From Selaginella moellendorffii (Eukaryota; Plantae; Lycopodiophyta), in assembly GCF_000143415.4 (NCBI RefSeq), contig NW_003314261.1:6852817-6916816 (forward strand): a stretch of 64,000 nucleotides of DNA, written 5' to 3'. This document shows positions 34,377-48,289 of this stretch, piece by piece. The stretch's first letter is position 1, and each line of letters begins with the position of its first letter. The translations under genes were made by a program, and so were the position numbers. The notes beneath the pieces were generated by a model. It saw only the letters and a list, made by a program, of their open reading frames with translations, did no database searches and had not been told where the DNA came from.

Positions 34377-37327
34377 TCAGACGTAGTAAATCATTCCCAC
34401 CTCGATGAGGCAAATGTGAGGAATGTCGAGTGCTACAGCCGGCCCCCGGCAGTTCTTTCTCAAAAAGTTGTAGCAAACGTCGATGACGAACTTCTTCATG
34501 AAGGACGAGGAGCGCTTGGCCTTGACATACGAGTGCCCCAGCATGTACGCCACCCCCGAGTTCTTGGCATCAAACAGCTCCGTCAGCTCCGCCCGGATGT
34601 CTGGATCCAGTTCCGGGCTCCTCGGCAGCTCGAACCTCACCCTCCTTGGTTGCAAAGCTTCGATCTCCGGCGTGCCCAGGGACAGCGATCTGATCGACTG
34701 CTTGTCACTGTCTTCCAGCCCCGAGGTTACCATCTTGATGCTGGACTGGAGCGGCAATCCCATCATCGTCATCCTCCCGTCAACGGACGAGTGGTCGCTG
34801 CTCGACGGGGCCCAAGTGCTCGATGCCTCGGTTTGGATGAACTCCCCAACGTTGAAGATAAGCTGGTTCTCGAAATCGTTGTCGTCCTTGTGGACGTCCT
34901 TGTAGCCATAGCGCACGATGCACCGGAACATCCTGTACTCCTTGGGACCGATGCGGCCGATGAGATACCTCTCCTCTGGCCGGACGTAGGGAACTGGGAC
35001 CGATTTGATGCACACGAAGATGAGCACCTGGTGGAAGGCCGGAAGATTGGTGACGAAGTGGGAGAAGATCGCGGGGACGCCAGTGACGAGCTCCGAGTAG
35101 ATGAGCCCGATCCCAGGGACACGGACGATGCCGAGGCTCGGCCCAAGAGTGAGCAGCCACTTCATAGAGACCTTGTTCTGGAGATCAAAGTCATACTTTT
35201 TCGCCGTGCCGTAGTGCCAAGTGTACATGACCGCGACGAAGAACACGGATAGCGCCAGCGGCACCCAGCCGCCTTCGTGTACTTTGAGCATCGCGGATGA
35301 GACGTACATGAGCTCGATCGTGCCGAAGAACATGAAAAAGATGATGGCAAGGATGATGCTCCGCTTCCATACGATCACAATCACCAGTGACATGAGGAAC
35401 GTCGTCACAAACATGACCGTGATGACAGCAAGTCCTGTGTGATCATGACACATTTGCGAGGATAAGTCTTCAACACAAACACGAAGTTTTCATACAAACG
35501 TACCATAAGCGTGGCCGATGAAAATTGTGCTTCTAAAGCCCAGAGTGACTGCCAGGCAGAGGATGAGCAGTATCCAATTAACCTCGGGAATGTAGATTTG
35601 TCCATATATGTCTTTTGATGTGTGGACGACTTTCACCCTTGGAAAACAGCCCAAGGACATGCACTGTTTGATGATTGAGAAGGTTGCTGAGATCACTGCC
35701 TGGCTCCCCACCACTGACGCAAGTGTTGCTATGACGACAACTGGCCAGTAAACAGGCTCTGTGACAGCAACACATAAGTATTCAATAACAACAGTGGGAC
35801 AATGACATACTTGGGATCGACTTGTAGAAGCTGCCCTCAATGTCGCTGTGATTACGAGACAAATAGGCGGCTTGGCCCATATAAGCACAAACCAGGCAAG
35901 GATAAACGACACAGCCAAAAGCAATCTGCAAACACAAATACACACAGTGATCTCAGCTCGGGGAATCACAGCTCTCACCTGGATAGACAGCTCAGAAAAG
36001 TGTCCCAAATCTGCAAACATGGCCTCTGTGCCTGCAAAAGTAGAGTGCTTCAGTCCGCGGACGAGCGTTGTATATCGTATAATTGAGCAAACCTGTGATG
36101 CAAAGCAGCACTCCTCCCATAGATATCCAGCCATCGAATCCGGTTCTCTTGAAATACTTGTACATATAGTAAGGGGATAAAGCTCGGACGACGTGAGGGT
36201 TCCAGCGAGCGATGTTGTAAATTCCAATGGCGCCGATGCTGAATAGCCAGGCCAGCACTATGGGAGCGAACATAAATGCCACCTTGTGCGTGCCATGGTG
36301 CTGCAGCGCGAAAAGCCCCACCAAAATGAGGCAGGCGATCAGTTCTACTACGTCTGCGAGCCAACAAGAAAATGCACAGCATAAGTCTCACTGACAAGAA
36401 AACCATAAGGTTGGCCTTACGCTTGTTGAGGTCATCGACAGCCACTTTGATGCCATAAACAGAAGATAGAACTGAAAGCCGTCCATTAGTTACAGATAGC
36501 GTTGAAAAAAAAGAGGAAAAGCAAAGCTTATTACCCGAGATGGCGGGAGTTAAAACCCCGTCACCAATCACCATGCACGTCCCCAGCAAAACCACTAGCA
36601 GCAAAGCAATGCGGAGGCTCTTGTGCCTTTCCAGGAGCCCTTTCATCCTTGCCCCACGATAGCTCTCCCTGACGTTCTGGAGCTTGTAAGTCGATAGCTC
36701 CTCGTCAACCGCCTGTTGATTTGGCAAGAGGCTTAACTTTGCGTGCCTGCACAGCAGTGAATATAACGCGAATGTTCCACCTGCAACAGAAGGACAAAAC
36801 ACCAAAACCAGTGAGAGTGATTCGCAAAAACTAGAAAACTTCTCCTAAAAGTCTATCTATCTCTCGAGATTTTCCTCTCCAACCTTGCTACGAATCAAAA
36901 ACTCCCACCACCACCACCCACCTTCGCCGTTGTCATCAGCACGGAGTACGATGAGAACATACTTGAGTAAAGGAATGAGTGTCAGGGTGTAAAGGATGAA
37001 CGAGAGAACCCCCAAAACCTCCGTGTCGTCCTCGTGGAGCTGGAGCTTTCCCGAAAATGTGCTCCGGTACACATAGAGAGGAGAGGTGCTCAAATCTCCA
37101 TAGACCACACCAAAGCTCTGGTACGCCAAGAGCAGCACCGCCTTGAGGGATTTCCTCCGGTAGCTCTGCCAAGAACAAACAAACAAACCATCCATCGGTT
37201 AGTCCGGATCGAAATTGGGGATTCCCGGCGCCGCGGCAGCCCCGAAATCGCAGCAAAGATCCATCCATACCTTAGGATTGAGGTCGATGAAGCTGTTGCC
37301 TCCGACAGACGACACCTCGGGATCCAT
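34377..37327 (-). CDS. HAK/KUP/KT potassium transporter
   Basis: [59 protein letters not shown]-terminal EVGMIYYV*; first exon [10 protein letters not shown]. Confidence 0.95.
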
Positions 37328-38003
37328 CGCCACGAAATTTCGGCCGCGCTCGCCTCTAGAACCAAATGCTCCCCGCGGATCGCAGCAAAACCTCGCCAGC
37401 TCCTAGAATGCAGCATCGGCGGCAGCGCCTAGCCGCCGCGGCGGCGATCGGCGACCGAAAATCTGCATTGAGCGCCCGCGCACAAGATTCCTGACGACAC
37501 AACATCCCTGTTCTTCTTGTCCATCTCTTTCTCGTCCCTCTCACTCACGCAAACGCTCTCCCCTCTCTCTTTCTCATTCGATCTCTCTCTCTCTCCTATC
37601 ACTTCTATCACTTCTATCGCGCTCTAGCTAGGCTTTGCGAAAGGAAGGAAGCGAGAAAACTCCAGCGAAGGCTGCCACTGCCGTCAGTGGAGACAGCATA
37701 TACCGGTAGGATCGTTTATTCTGTTATCGAGATTGTAAAGAGATTCGCGGCCGTACTGTGGTCCATAGCCCGTGACCAATGGAATATAGGACACGGTGTT
37801 GTTGGTGGTACTGGAAATTACTGTCTGTTAGGTGGGTGATTAAACCGCGGTAAGAATCCAACGGGATTAAAAAACTACCGTGCTACGGCGTGCTTTGCGT
37901 GGACCATCTTCCACAACGGGAATCGAGGATGGTTTTTAAATTTTAAAAGATGCTTTGCGGATATGCTGTCCCTGATTTGTTAAGAACCCTAAAGTTAGGG
38001 CAA

Positions 38004-38653
38004 ATGGAGGAGCTCACGGAGGCAGAGCGGCGGGCGCTGCGCGGCAGCAAATTTCCGCCGCTGCAGCAGGATCCTGATCGATCGGGGAATGCGCAGCCCA
38101 GGTATGCGTGCAATCCACAGGGAAATCGCAGGTGTTTTTGACGACATTCAAGGCTGGCTCATCCAGGGGGAGCGCTCACCACCAACAAAGCTGCGGCATT
38201 GGCTAAGTTCCTGGAGAGGAAGCTCAAGGAGCCTGGGAGTCTCAGCTCGCTGGATCCAGATATCGTGGAGAGGGCAGTGCTCAATGCTAAAGCCGCTGTT
38301 AATCCAGGTAAGCTTAAAGCAAATGTATGTATTGTCTTACGATGTTCTTCGTTTTCTTGTGTGTTGTTTCCAGGGAAGCATTCCACCGGATTGAAGATCC
38401 GTCACGTTACTTCTTTTTCGGACTCTGAGGAGGTACAGACATGGATCGTTTAAAGTGTTTTCTGGTCCAAAATCTTTGCGATGGTTCACTCCAGGAATCG
38501 ATGAAGAGAACAGCGGGGCCGAGCTCGTCGCTGTCCGTTGCTGCTCCTGTCATAGACAAAAAGAAGAAAAACAAGAAGAATAAGAAGGGCAAGAACATCA
38601 TGAAGAAGAAGAAGAAGAAAAAGCAAAAGCAAAAACATAACAAACAGAACTAA
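38004..38653 (+). CDS. Small uncharacterised protein with Lys-rich C-terminus (probably nuclear/nucleolar), 4 exons
   Basis: Spliced product MEELTEAERRALRGSKF...LAHPGGALTTNKAAALAKFLERKL...poly-K tail; canonical GT-AG introns; telo-box-like AACCCTAA just upstream. Confidence 0.7.
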
Positions 38654-39022
38654 GTCAAAGCTTGGAAATGCAATAGAAAAGCGCGGCCTACAGAAGTACG
38701 TCCTTTCGGAACCTTTCTTTTGTACTTTAGTTGGCTGGATTTTCCTATTTCTCGTGCAGAGCTTGGACTTCGTCAAATCTATGAGCGCAAGCTTCCCTGG
38801 ATTTGGACCTTGTCAATGGGTTTTTTAAGCCTGGAAACAGTCATCAGAGGCAGCAGACACGGTTTATGACGACTAAGTTACGAGTAGCTTGGACTATAAG
38901 AGCCTTGTATCAGTGGTTCATTTCATCAAGGAGCGACGCTCATCTGCGGATCATCGATCACTGCCAAGAGAATTCGAGGAGGAAGAAGGAGTGCCAAGTG
39001 ATTGAAGAAGTTTAGAACGAGG

Positions 39023-40212
39023 ATGGAAACTTGGAGAGGGAGCGTTTTGGTTTTGCTCCTGCTGTCACTGAGCTTGGGTATCTTGGCTCACGGTGAGAGT
39101 GGAGGACGCAAGCATGGCTACCACAGCTACTCGAGATCTTGTCCTCAGGCCGAGAGGATCATAAGGGACACTCTAAGCAAGCACGCCGGTTGGGACAGGA
39201 CGATACCAGCAGGAGTTCTTCGCTTGCACTTCCACGACTGTTTCGTCGACGTGAGTAGCTTTACAAGATTTAAATTCTGGTTTTCTAACTTTGCTGTTCT
39301 CCAGGGCTGTGATGGATCGATTCTTCTCGACTCAACTCCCACCGACGGAACTAAAGTGGAAAAATTGTCCCTTCCAAACTTCATGTCCGCCAGGGGCTTC
39401 GAGGTGATTGAGGAAGCAAAGCAGAGGTTGGAAGCAGCTTGTCCTGGAGTTGTCTCCTGTGCCGACACTCTCGCCATAGCTGCCAGAGACTCGACCGTCA
39501 TGGTAAGCTTAGCATCTTTTGAGAAACGCTGAATCAAGTTCTAAGACGTTGTCACTGCAGCTTGGAGGAAAGTATTACCAAGTCCCAACCGGACGCTACG
39601 ACGGAAGAGTTTCCAGCCAGGAACGTGGCAACACCTTACCATCCCCGTTTGGCGATGCCTCGGCTCTCATTCAAAACTTCAAGGAGCGCGGCTTGTCAGT
39701 CCAGGACCTCGTCGTTCTCTCAGGTACGAATCGATTTCAACTTCCATCTCCTTCCCTCCAGTTTGTAAGTAGGCATTAACGCTACTCCCTTGCAAACCAC
39801 AGGTGGTCACACTCTTGGTACCGCCGGCTGCGCCACATTCAGCAATCGTTTGGACAACTTTACGAAAACTGGCAAGCCGGACCCGACCATCAATCCCAGA
39901 TACCTCTCTCATCTCCGGAGGCAGTGCCCAGCACCGGGGTCGCCAAACCGTGTGGCGCTGGACAAAGGCTCGGAGTTTGTGTTCGACAACAGCTACCACA
40001 AGAACTTGGCCAGGAGAAACGGGGTCCTCACGTCGGATCAAGTTCTCAACGAGGACTCGAGAACAAGTCACTACGTCAAGAACTTTGCGCACAAGCAGCA
40101 CGACTTTTTGTCGCAGTTTGCGGCCTCGATGGTGAAGATGGGATACATTGGGTGGAAGAACAAGCACAATGGGGAAATCAGGAGGGTGTGCTCCATGGTA
40201 AACACCCATTAA
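39023..40212 (+). CDS. Class III secretory peroxidase, copy 1 (4 exons)
   Basis: Signal peptide, [46 protein letters not shown]. Confidence 0.95.
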
Positions 40213-40489
40213 ACACGGTGAAACCGTGACTGATTCTTTTTGGAAATAATCGTAAACTGTGAATATGGCCATTTTTCTTTACTGCGTCACAAAATCAAAT
40301 GCATAGTTTACCGTTCTTGCAGCTCAGGAAACTATATCACTTTCCAAATGACATGCTTGGGAAGCCTGGCCACGAGATTAATAAAGTAAAGGTATAGATC
40401 AACCATAAAATTATAAACTGTATCTTCACTACATAGAGCTTGAATTTCCAAGCTCTATCTTCACTACAAGGCAGGCATTGTTAGGCAAG

Positions 40490-41370
40490 GCGTAATCAGC
40501 CCACTCTTCCCGAGAAAAGGATTCCAAACGGAGAGCCTCCTCTCATGCCTGGAATATATCAACGCTTGTCCAGGCGGTCTGGCTGCGGACAATCACCGTG
40601 TGGCGCCACCATCGCATGAGCTTGCCGCTGCTGTCCTCGATCTAGTTGTCCTCCGCAAAGAACTTACCACTGTCCGCTCTTCAAGCTGGAGTACATGGCC
40701 GGACGGAATGCTTGCACTTCCTTGAGGAAGAACGAGTTCCGAGCTCGCACGTCGCCGTGGCCGAGCAAGTAGGCGATCCCCGTCTCTCGATACTTCCTAG
40801 AGAATCGTCCTCGCTCACGGACGAGCCAGCTCCTAGCTCGTCGTTGTCCGCCACCATCAAGTCCTCCTCGAACCTCCTCCTCAGCAGAAGCGGCCTCGTT
40901 GTTGGCGGCGGCGGCGTTCTCTGCTCGTTCCAAAACCTCCACGCGAAGATAAAGTTCTCCAGGAACTCCACCAGCAGCTGCTCGAATAGCCACGCCGTGG
41001 GGATTTTCCACAGGTTTAACACTTACCTCCCGGTGTTCTTCTGCATCAGATACGTGCCAGTCGCAACAGTTCCTCGCGAGATAAGGGCCCCAAGAGCTGC
41101 CACATACGTATACGTGAGGTATGGATACAGGGACATGTGGACGAGCTCGTTGTACACCAGTCCCAGGCCGGCCACCCTGTGCCTCACTTCGTACTTGTGT
41201 TTCATCTTCGTGCATATGTACATGACGAAGGCGAGAACTAGTGGAATCTTCCTTCCGTGAACAGAACCGATGACAACTATACGCCAGCTCGATGGTTCCA
41301 AAACGAAGGAAAATTTACCGAGTGATTAACATGATGGTGTGGCAACCACTGGACAAAGCATAAGGCGTGG
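40490..41370 (-). pseudogene. Deletion-collapsed F-box + HAK fragments
   Basis: Patchwork matches to the F-box gene (about 53220-53460) and the HAK2 last exon (about 53890-54780) with many internal deletions. Confidence 0.8.
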
Positions 41371-41857
41371 TTTCACCAGGAAAACGAGCGAACTCCTCCA
41401 TCGGTGGAGATGGTTCGTATAAAGGATGTTGTGGACAAGGACAACCGAAAATGAATGAAGTAACGATCGTAAATCCCTTCTCTTCTCGTCGTGATTCTAC
41501 GTTTCCAAGGTAGATGGACGATCTTCTACGATGGAAATTGGGTCCTAAGGCAAGAGCAATACGTTTCACTATGCCAATGGCGATACAATCATCAGTTGCA
41601 CTTTTGGAAAAATTTGAGGCATGCATCTTGTCTGTAGTGGTTTTTGCGGTTCTTCTCTCCCTTGGTGACGTTTTTGACGAAACAAGAAATGACGTTTTCT
41701 TAAGATTAGCGGTTGAAAGAAGGCCGCTGATGATCCTTAGATTCGCAAGATCCAAACAAATCTCTTTATATATATTCCTTCGATAATATTCCTTGTCTCT
41801 CACAAATTTCTAAATCGATACTTTACATAGTAACCCTGCCCTATTATATTGGCGGCG

Positions 41858-43910
41858 ATGGAAGCTCTAGCATTGGCGTTCTCCTGGTTGCGACGCGCTC
41901 CAGCACAGGCAAGCACACAGGCAAGCAGGGGATTGAAGATCCTCCTCCTTGAGGTGTGTACAGCTCGCTCGTTTCTCTCATTTTTTCTTGTTCCTTGACA
42001 TTTTTCGCGTGCCGGCAGACTCCTGCAGCAACAGCGGACAAGGAAGTGGAGGATTTCCCAGCACTGCCCTCGCAGCTCGAGGCAGTGATCGCCAGCAGTG
42101 ACCCAGCATCAAGTGTTCCCGAGTATGATGCACCTGTACTCGAGGAGGATGACGAGCATGACTTGCAAGAGGTAACTCCAGATGTAGCTAATCTTCTCTT
42201 GCAGCCGGTTGCTCCAATCGAGCTGGAGGATTCGTCCTCGCCAGCATCACCCTCGCAGCTCGAGGCAGTTAGTCACGCGGCAGCATCAAGTGTTCCCGAG
42301 TACGATCCACCACCATTACCTGTACTCGAGGATGACAACCATGATTCGCAAGAGGTAACTCCGAGAGCTTAGATGGTTTGCCTGGAACCGCACCAACCTT
42401 TTCTTGCAGCTAGAGGCGGTCATGGCTGGCGTTGAGGATTCAGTTCGGTATACTTCTCTCGGTGGCAAGACGCTTGCAATCGACGACAACGACGACAACC
42501 TGAGCTGGGAGGATATCCAGAGCTTCTTTCAGACCTGGACACTCCCGTCGATTGAGCTACCGTCCAGAGCCGATTTGCATCTGGAGGTGGAGGAACTTAA
42601 GAAGCTAGTTGGAGAGTGGACTTGGAAGCTACCGACCAGTCTCCAGTCGATAAAGGAAGAAATGTGGAGTAGGCTTTTGAACGCGGGCTTGGAGGAGGAC
42701 GAGGTGACGTCCCAGGAATTATGGGAAGAACTCACAAACTTCCTGGGGTGGCATCGAGTCCCAGTTACCAGTTCCCGACGGATGCTTCTGGAAGCAGCGC
42801 CAGGTCCTCCTATCTTCGTCTCCAACGAGAATGGACCTTCTCTGTTCCGCTGGGTGGATCGCTTCATAGCTCCACTGAGCGCTCAACAAGATGGGGAAGA
42901 ACAAGGCGGTGTTTCATCACCACCAGCCTCAGTCTTTTGGCAGAGGTTGAGAGGCGATGGCACCAGCAGCATGAGAAAGCACAGGAGGCCTCCAGACAAG
43001 AATAGTGAAGGACAAGAACTTATGGCAGCAATGGACGAGGAGTCATCCTACAAGGTATGTCTCTGTTGACAGGAATCAGATATGTATTCGTACTAAGATC
43101 TACACTGAACAGGTGCTAAAGTCTCATGCAGCAGCAGGATCTCGAAAGTTGTTGAGGCAAGCTGATGTTTCATCGACACCAGCTTCAGTCTTTTGGCGGA
43201 GCTTGCGAGGCGATGGCGTGGGAATGCACAGGAGGCTTCCATACAAGAACAGTGAGGAACTTGCAGCAGCAATGGCCGAGGAGTCATCTTACAAGGTATG
43301 CCTCTGCTGACAGGAATCAGATATATTCGTACTAAGATTGAAAATTGAACAGGTGCTAAAGTCCCATGCAGCCACAGGATTTCCATCTCAGAAGTTACTG
43401 GCTGGCGGCACTGTTGACACTAAGGAGGCTCGTAGCAATGCTTCACCACCACCAGCATCGCCACCACCTTTTATGTGGCGGTGGTTCCCTCGAAGCTTGG
43501 GCAAGGATGGTGGGAAGGCCAAGAGGATCAACACCGAAACTTTTCAAGAAGCTGAAGAGACTTCAATATCGAGCTCTCATAGTTTAGTGGATGACGTCGG
43601 GGTGGGCAGCAGCAGCGGCAGTGCCAGTGATTTCATCGAGTTGTTTGAAGGAGAAGGCATTAGCAGCAGTGATGCCTTCCTGAACTCGCTGTTGGAAAGC
43701 AAAGGTGGCGGCAGCAACAGCAATGCGGATCTTCAGCTGGCTTCCTCCAATGATCTCAACTTGCAAGCGACGGCTGTGGCGGCAACTCCGCTGCTTCTTC
43801 CAATCCTTGCCGGGCTGCTGGTCGCGCTGCTCTTCCTCTTCGTCCTCTACTTCCTCTCGGTGATCAGGAGGAGGTGGGGGAGGAGGAAGAGAGGGCTCCT
43901 GCCTCACTGA
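41858..43910 (+). CDS. Orphan acidic repeat protein with C-terminal transmembrane helix, copy 1
   Basis: Phase-0 GT-AG introns join open exons; internal duplicated exons; C-terminal LLLPILAGLLVALLFLFVLYFLSVI followed by RRRWGRRKR. The start is uncertain. Confidence 0.6.
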
Positions 43911-44750
43911 GTTCCAGCTTTCGATGCAAATGCATCAGGACGTGCAGTGGTTGCCGCAGGCATGGATCAAAACTTGAAGCCGGTGGCTTAACACTCCGTG
44001 ATGCTCCCCGTCGGGAGTGATAGAACTTCGGTGGCAGATTTTCATCGGCTGGAGAGAAGGTGGCTCATCAAGGCAAGAAGTGAGCGGAGATATCTTACAA
44101 AACAGAGGCCGCTGGTGGTTCTGGAGCTTTGTCTGGTCGTACACAACTTTCTACACCGATTGGTGGTGTAAGTGCAAGCTAGGAAGAAAGATCATATACT
44201 GAATGTTTGTAGCATTTAAACTTGGCTGATTCAGAAAAGAAACAGTTTTTTGTTTTCTTCAGAGGTTTGGTGGGAAACAAAAGAAGTAGCCAAGACTAGA
44301 TCAGCACCTGTTCACGAAATGAGTTACTACCCTGTGTGAGAAGCAAATCGATGGAAGGAAGCAATAGTTACAATTCCAGTAGCTTTGTGTCGCAATTTGA
44401 GTTGAGCTACAGTCAGGATCATGATAAGCCAGTGTATCTCATACAAAAACTGGCAAGCCGCCAGATACCTGTCATCTCCAGCGGCAGTGTCCATCGCCGG
44501 AATTGGCAAACCGTGTGGGGCTGGACAAAGGCTCGGAGTTTGACAAACTACAAAAGAAACGGGATCCTTCAAGTTCTCAAAGAACCAGGCACTGCGTGAA
44601 GAAATTTGCGCACAAGCAGCACGAGTTCCTGGGGTGGAACAAACACAAAGGGTAGAATGGAAACACCCATCAAGGATGGTGAGACATGCGTAAGAAACAA
44701 TCGTGAAATGTGAAGATAAGAATCAAGTTACAAAGGACAATAGTTATCTC

Positions 44751-45653
44751 CGAATTGCGCCTTGCCCAATGGTGGCAGGAATCGAGCATATCTCGTCACT
44801 TGGAAATCCAAGCTCTATCTTGATGGTAGTGTGCCGCGAGCTCAAGGTCCAGATCTTGGAGTTTGATTTGAAACTCGAAGAGTTTAACTTGAAACGTGGT
44901 GTGGTGAGCGAGTATGTGATCGATTTTGACGATTGTGGCCTCAGCTTCACTGGTCAAGCTAGGAACTACCTGAATTTTTGCTCCTACAAGATGAAGACTT
45001 ACGTCTACATGGATGCCGGGACTTGGGACAGGAACATCTACCGGCCTTTCTCGACACTTCTGAAAATTCAGACGCTTGATTGGTCCAATGCTTGGTCAAT
45101 AAGTTAAATCTGTGATATTTCGGTCGCATGGCGAGAGAGAAGTAGTGAAGGAGATCTTATAATCAGAAGCTATTAGTTGTGGTGTCAAGCTCAGTCACTC
45201 TTGTGCATAAGGAATCCATGTAAAACATCTTGCTGTGAGTCACCACAGGCCTTACCGAGATTTTGGCTTCTTCCAATCTGAACCAATCCTTGTCCCCGCG
45301 CGTGAAGGTGAAAACTTCACCATCGAAGTCCCACACCACGATCTTATTGTTGAAGATGCAAGCCCTGGACCAGTAGGGAATCTCTTCCCACACGTTGAGG
45401 AAAGGATTCCCAAGGTAGAGCTTCAAACGGAGTGTGGAGCGAGCCAGCATGAAACGCTTGTCCTCCGAGACCGCGCACAGGCAGTCTGGCTGCGGACCAT
45501 CACCGCGTCGCGCCCATCGCATCATCTTGCCGCCGCTGTCCACGACGTAGCTGCTCTTGAAGCTGGAGCTGTCCACGGCTGCTTTCCACGCCAGAGCGAC
45601 GATTAGGGCAGCTTGAGCAGTATCTCCTCCACAACCTCCTCTGCGGCAATGCC
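44751..45653 (-). pseudogene. F-box pseudogene with internal inversion and deletions
   Basis: 5' half on the minus strand with deletions in the F-box; 3' half (44751-45164) inverted relative to the copy at 52620-53010. Confidence 0.8.
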
Positions 45654-45769
45654 ATCGTTGTCTTCCTCCTCCCGCCCACAACTGCAACCTATATACATGA
45701 GAACTTCCTTCTTACGACAAAAGGTACTTACTCTTAATATACATTATACAAGTTCTGCGCGATCTTACC

Positions 45770-46117
45770 TTATACGAAATAAGTCATCCCAAGCTGGCCG
45801 GGCGGAATGTTGAGCATCTCGGCTCTCTGCTTGCAGTTCCTCCGGAGGAACGCGAGAGGTAATTGATGACAAGCTTCTTAAGGAAGAACGAGTCCTTTCG
45901 AGCTCTCACGTCGCCGTGGCCGAGCAAGTAGACGATCCCGGTCTCTCGGCGCTTCCTCAGCAACGCCAGAGAATCGTCCTCGCTCACGGACGAGCCAGCC
46001 TCGTCGTCGTTGTCCGCCACCATCAAGTCCTCCTCGAACCCCCTCCTCAGCAGAAGCGGCCTCGTTGTTGACGGCGGCGGCGGGGTTCTCTGCTCGTTCC
46101 AAAGCCTCCTCCCGAGC
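45770..46117 (-). pseudogene. 3' fragment of the HAK2 transporter
   Basis: Matches 53779-54159 ([27 protein letters not shown]) with deletions. Confidence 0.85.
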
Positions 46118-46804
46118 AAATGTATGTATTGTCTTACGATGTTCTTCGTTTTCTTGTGTGTTGTTTCCGGGGAAGCATTCCACCGGATTGAAGATCCATC
46201 ACGTTGCTTCTTTTTCGGACTCCGAGGAGGTACAGACATGGATCGTTTGAAGTGTTTTCTCGTCCACAATCTTTGCGATGGTTCACTCCAGGAATCGATG
46301 AAGACAACAGCGGGGCCGAGCTCGTCGCTGCCCGTCGCTGCTCCTGTCATAGACAAAAAGAAGAAAAACAAGAAGAATAAGAACATCATGAAGAAGAAGA
46401 AGAAGAAAAAGCAAAAAACATAACAAACAGAACTAAGTCAGAGCTTGGAAATGCAATAGAAAACGCGGCCTACAGATGTACGTCCTTTCGGAACCTTTCT
46501 TTTGTACGTTAGTTGGCTGGATTTTCCTATTTCTCGTGCAGAGCTTGGACTTCCTCAAATCTATGAGGTGCAAGCTTCTCTGGATTTGGACCTTGTCAAT
46601 GGGTTTTTTAAGCCTGGAAACAGTCATCAGAGGCAGCAGACACGCTTTATGACGACTAAGTTACAAGTAGCTTGGACTATAAGAGCCTTGTATCAGTGGC
46701 TCATTTCATAAGGAACGGCGCTCATCTTCGGATCATCGATCACTGCCAAGAGAATTTGAGGAGGAAGAAGAAGTGCCAAGTGATTGAAGAAGTTTGGAAC
46801 GAGG

Positions 46805-47994
46805 ATGGAAACTTGGAGAGGGAGCGTTTTGGTTTTGCTCCTGCTGTCACTGAGCTTGGGTATCTTGGCTCACGGTGAGAGTGGAGGACGCAAGCATGGC
46901 TACCACAGCTACTCGAGATCTTGTCCTCAGGCCGAGAGGATCATAAGGGACACTCTAAGCAAGCACGCCGGTTGGGACAGGACGATACCAGCAGGAGTTC
47001 TTCGCTTGCACTTCCACGACTGTTTCGTCGACGTGAGTAGCTTTACAAGATTTAAATTCTGGTTTTCTAACTTTGCTGTTCTCCAGGGCTGTGATGGATC
47101 GATTCTTCTCGACTCAACTCCCACCGACGGAACTAAAGTGGAAAAATTGTCCCTTCCAAACTTCATGTCCGCCAGGGGCTTCGAGGTGATTGAGGAAGCA
47201 AAGCAGAGGTTGGAAGCAGCTTGTCCTGGAGTTGTCTCCTGTGCCGACACTCTCGCCATAGCTGCCAGAGACTCGACCGTCATGGTAAGCTTAGCATCTT
47301 TTGAGAAACGCCGAATCAAGTTCTAAGACGTTGTCACTGCAGCTTGGAGGAAAGTATTACCAAGTCCCAACCGGACGCTACGACGGAAGAGTTTCCAGCC
47401 AGGAACGTGGCAACACCTTACCATCCCCGTTTGGCGATGCATCGGCTCTCATTCAAAACTTCAAGGAGCGCGGCTTGTCAGTCCAGGACCTCGTCGTTCT
47501 CTCAGGTACGAATCGATTTCAACTTCCATCTCCTTCCCTCCAGTTTGTAAGTAGGCATTAACGCTACTCCCTTGCAAACCACAGGTGGTCACACTCTTGG
47601 TACCGCCGGCTGCGCCACATTCAGCAATCGTTTGGACAACTTTACGAAAACTGGCAAGCCGGACCCGACCATCAATCCCAGATACCTCTCTCATCTCCGG
47701 AGGCAGTGCCCAGCACCGGGGTCGCCAAACCGTGTGGAGCTGGACAAAGGCTCGGAGTTTGTGTTCGACAACAGCTACCACAAGAACTTGGCCAGGAGAA
47801 ACGGGGTCCTCATGTCGGATCAAGTTCTCAACGAGGACTCGAGAACAAGTCACTACGTCAAGAACCTTGCGCACAAGCAGCACGACTTTTTGTCGCAGTT
47901 TGCGGCCTCGATGGTGAAGATGGGATACATTGGGTGGAAGAACAAGCACAATGGGGAAATCAGGAGGGTCTGCTCCATGGTAAACACCCATTAA
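46805..47994 (+). CDS. Class III secretory peroxidase, copy 2
   Basis: Near-identical to copy 1, with A>E, T>M and F>L changes in the last exon. Confidence 0.95.
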
Positions 47995-48289
47995 ACACGG
48001 TGAAACCGTGACTGATTCTTTTTGGAAATAATCGTAAACTGTGAATATGGCCATTTTTCTTTACTGCGTCACAAAATTAAATGCATAGTTTACCGTTCTT
48101 GCAGCTCAGGAAACTATATCACTTTCCAAATGACATGCTTGGGAAGCCTGGCCACGAGACTAATGGTCATGAGACCTTCATGCAGCTTGTTTTCTGTCAA
48201 AGTAAAGGTATGGATCAACCATAAAATTGTAAACTGTATCTTCACTACATAGAGCTTGAATTTCCAAGCTACAAGGTTGGCATTGTTGG

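Noticed and set aside
34353-35252. Long antisense ORFs over HAK, BAHD (606-1418) and patatin
   Set aside because: Expected shadows of GC-rich coding sequence.
41315-41803. 162-aa minus-strand ORF
   Set aside because: Non-ATG start, no recognisable domain, and the frame is not preserved in the duplicate (49160-49620).
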